A stretch of 64,000 bases of DNA from Gekko japonicus (taxonomy: Eukaryota): NCBI RefSeq assembly GCF_001447785.1, contig NW_015159757.1:1-64000 (forward strand). The letters run 5' to 3'. How positions within the stretch are numbered: the first letter of the stretch is position 1; each line of letters starts with the position of its first letter. The notes beneath the pieces are model-generated. The model did no database searches, was not told where the DNA came from, and worked only from the letters and a program-made list of their open reading frames with translations. Position numbers and translations under genes: made by a program. This document shows, piece by piece, positions 61,666 through 64,000 of this stretch.

Positions 61666-63409
61666 ACTTACAAGGAGATTTTAATAAAATGATAAAACTT
61701 ACAGAAATAGCAGGCTAACTCCAACATGACGAACCTTAAATACACACTGTGAAGCTAGTCAAACCGAAGACAAGACACATAGCTAAAACTAAACATTTTA
61801 TATCCAACTACTGGCTACAAGTTGAAAATATCATCACCAATGCTACATCCCTAAACCATATCTTGCCATATCTTGCACCTGGTATCTAGTAGCTGAGAAA
61901 AACAAGTCAGCTTTCTTAGATAACTTGGGAAAGTACTAATGAAAACAGGCATAAATATTCTCTTGGGAATGGCTGGCCATCCTCCCAGGCCAGTAGAGGT
62001 CAGGTACAAGCAGAAAACCAAAATGGAGTTACAGAGACTATACAAAACCATATCTCACTCATACTCTTCACAGAGCTATTGGGGTTGGTACTCAAACTCC
62101 CATATGTCTGCACACACACAAACACTCAAATTTTATTTATGGCTTAAACAAAACAACACTGGAGTGACTCAGGTAGATAATTACAAAGTTTCTCTGTACT
62201 TTTGAATAATTGCTCTATTCAGACATTCAGGATCCTTGGTTACAAACTGACTTTCTCCCAGTCAGCAACACACTGTTGTTCTGCCACTTGCTGGCTTAAG
62301 CTTCCAGCTCCTTACCCAGCCACTTCTAACTCTCCCTCTAACAGAACTAACAACTTTAACTGTCAGCCTGTCACCAACATTCTGTCAGCTCCCACTGGTT
62401 GCTCTTAGGAAGAAGTGAAACTTCACCTGTCCGTCACACTGCTGTCCTCTTCTCTCTCAAAATATCGGGTTAGGGCTAAATGACTGAAAAGGGCATAATT
62501 CTCAAGCACGTTTAAACCTTAAAACTCAGTACAGAAAGAAAAAGATCCCAGGAATGTGGGTTGAAATATCCTGGCACTATTTATACTTGCCTCTTCTCAC
62601 TAGAGTGAAACAAATATGATCTTTTTTCTCCATGGTGTTGTACGCACAGCTTATGAAACACTTTGTACTCTGCCACTGACTAACAAGTTTAACTTAGTAG
62701 GTGCACTTAACACTTCCATGGTGCATATGTTAAGTGCCATTGATGATTCTAATCACAGTAACTGAAATCTATCATGAACATATATTTAGATATTCCCTTT
62801 GGTTCATTGTTGAAATGCATGCTGGGGGGGGAACTTAAAAGCTGACAGGCAGTTATACTGCTTGTGGCGTTGCTTGTTCTGGCCAACTATAACTGTGCAT
62901 ATTCCTGATGTCATTTCAGCCCACCCTCAACACACCACTATGTCTCCATATCTGCTACATTAGATACTTTTAGAACTTCATAGCCTGGGAAGAAGAAGGC
63001 CCATTGTTTAACTGAAGGAGGTACATTTTCGCTTGAGAAAGTCTAGCCCACAGGTCCGGGCCCAATGAAAAAGGTATGATGGACATATGACAAAGTTTGA
63101 TGGAACCAATAATTATGATTTATTTCTGAGCATCATGTGGAGTATAAAATCCTATGTCACCCATTGTAACCTTAGGGAGAGCTGTGGGATCCAAAATCTT
63201 GTTGAACCCGAGCTTCCCTCCTTTATTAATAAAGTTCCAGTTCTGATTCTACTGTACAGGATTGTGCCGAGTGTTTTCTCAAATTGGGCTGGGGAAACAC
63301 AACCGGAAACAGGATTTCTGTACTACAATGGTGGGAAATTGTCTATATAGATTAGAGTATAAGCACTGTTTGTAATGTCAAAACTGCAGATTAGGTGATG
63401 TGTGCTGGG

Positions 63410-63590
63410 TGGAGCCATGGCTGAGTGCTAGACCATTTGCTCAGGTTCAGTTCCTGACATCTCCAGTTAAAATAATCAGATGAAGTGAAATTCTTCTACC
63501 TGAGACCCTGGAGAGTCACTACCAAGCAGATTAGACAATACTGACCTTGGCAGACCCACAGTCTAAATCAGTGTAAGGTAGCTTTATGTA
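63410..63590 (+). mobile_element. tRNA-derived SINE with CR1-like tail
   Basis: gccatggctgagtg...ggttcagttcctg head; tagacaatactgacc...tcagtgtaaggtagc tail. Confidence 0.6.
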
Positions 63591-64000
63591 TTCAGGCAGG
63601 TAGAACTGTGGCAAATCCTGTTTAATAATTAAAAGCACTAGTTTATATACCTCCATGCACAACTCACAACCTACTTTTAAGTTGCACTGCAAACACTGCC
63701 TCTGGCTTATATCCTTCAGCATCTTGAAGGGGAAAAAATAGAAGCCTCTGTTAAATTGAGAAAAGCCTCATATTATCGTTACAAGCAAGCCACTTTTTAC
63801 GGATTACTCACACACACACTCCTCAGAAAAAGCCAACGGCATGTTTTTACATTTTAGGTATTTGTTCTCGAAGTCTGGAATCTTTGTAGCTTCTGAGCAC
63901 CACAGTCCAAATGCTAACTCTTTAAAGAATTTTAAGATTTAAGAGACTGCTAGCAGAAAATGAGAGGAAATTCCCAGGGAACTTCCTTTTGTAGATTGAT

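Overview
Vertebrate genomic DNA, most likely a squamate reptile (probably a gecko; inferred from the mix of L2, CR1, L1, RTE-BovB tails, Squam-type tRNA SINEs and 5S-derived SINEs). I recognise no host protein-coding exon, so the window looks intronic or intergenic and is dominated by nested, decayed transposable elements. These include two long L2 LINEs, a 5'-intact L1 interrupted by an assembly gap, a 5.2-kb hAT element with a transposase remnant and many TSD-bounded hAT and Harbinger-type MITEs. There is also a Harbinger transposase remnant and solo LTRs. The most unusual observations are: (1) an LTR-less BEL/Pao pol fragment lying antisense inside a Gmr1-like Gypsy gag-pro-int remnant, between GTGT direct repeats; (2) several fossil minimal hammerhead-ribozyme motifs of the Penelope-like type; (3) a hAT MITE family carrying a dense Oct/ETS/KLF/CRE-like motif cluster. 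I found no intact novel gene system; all family assignments are by eye, without database searches.
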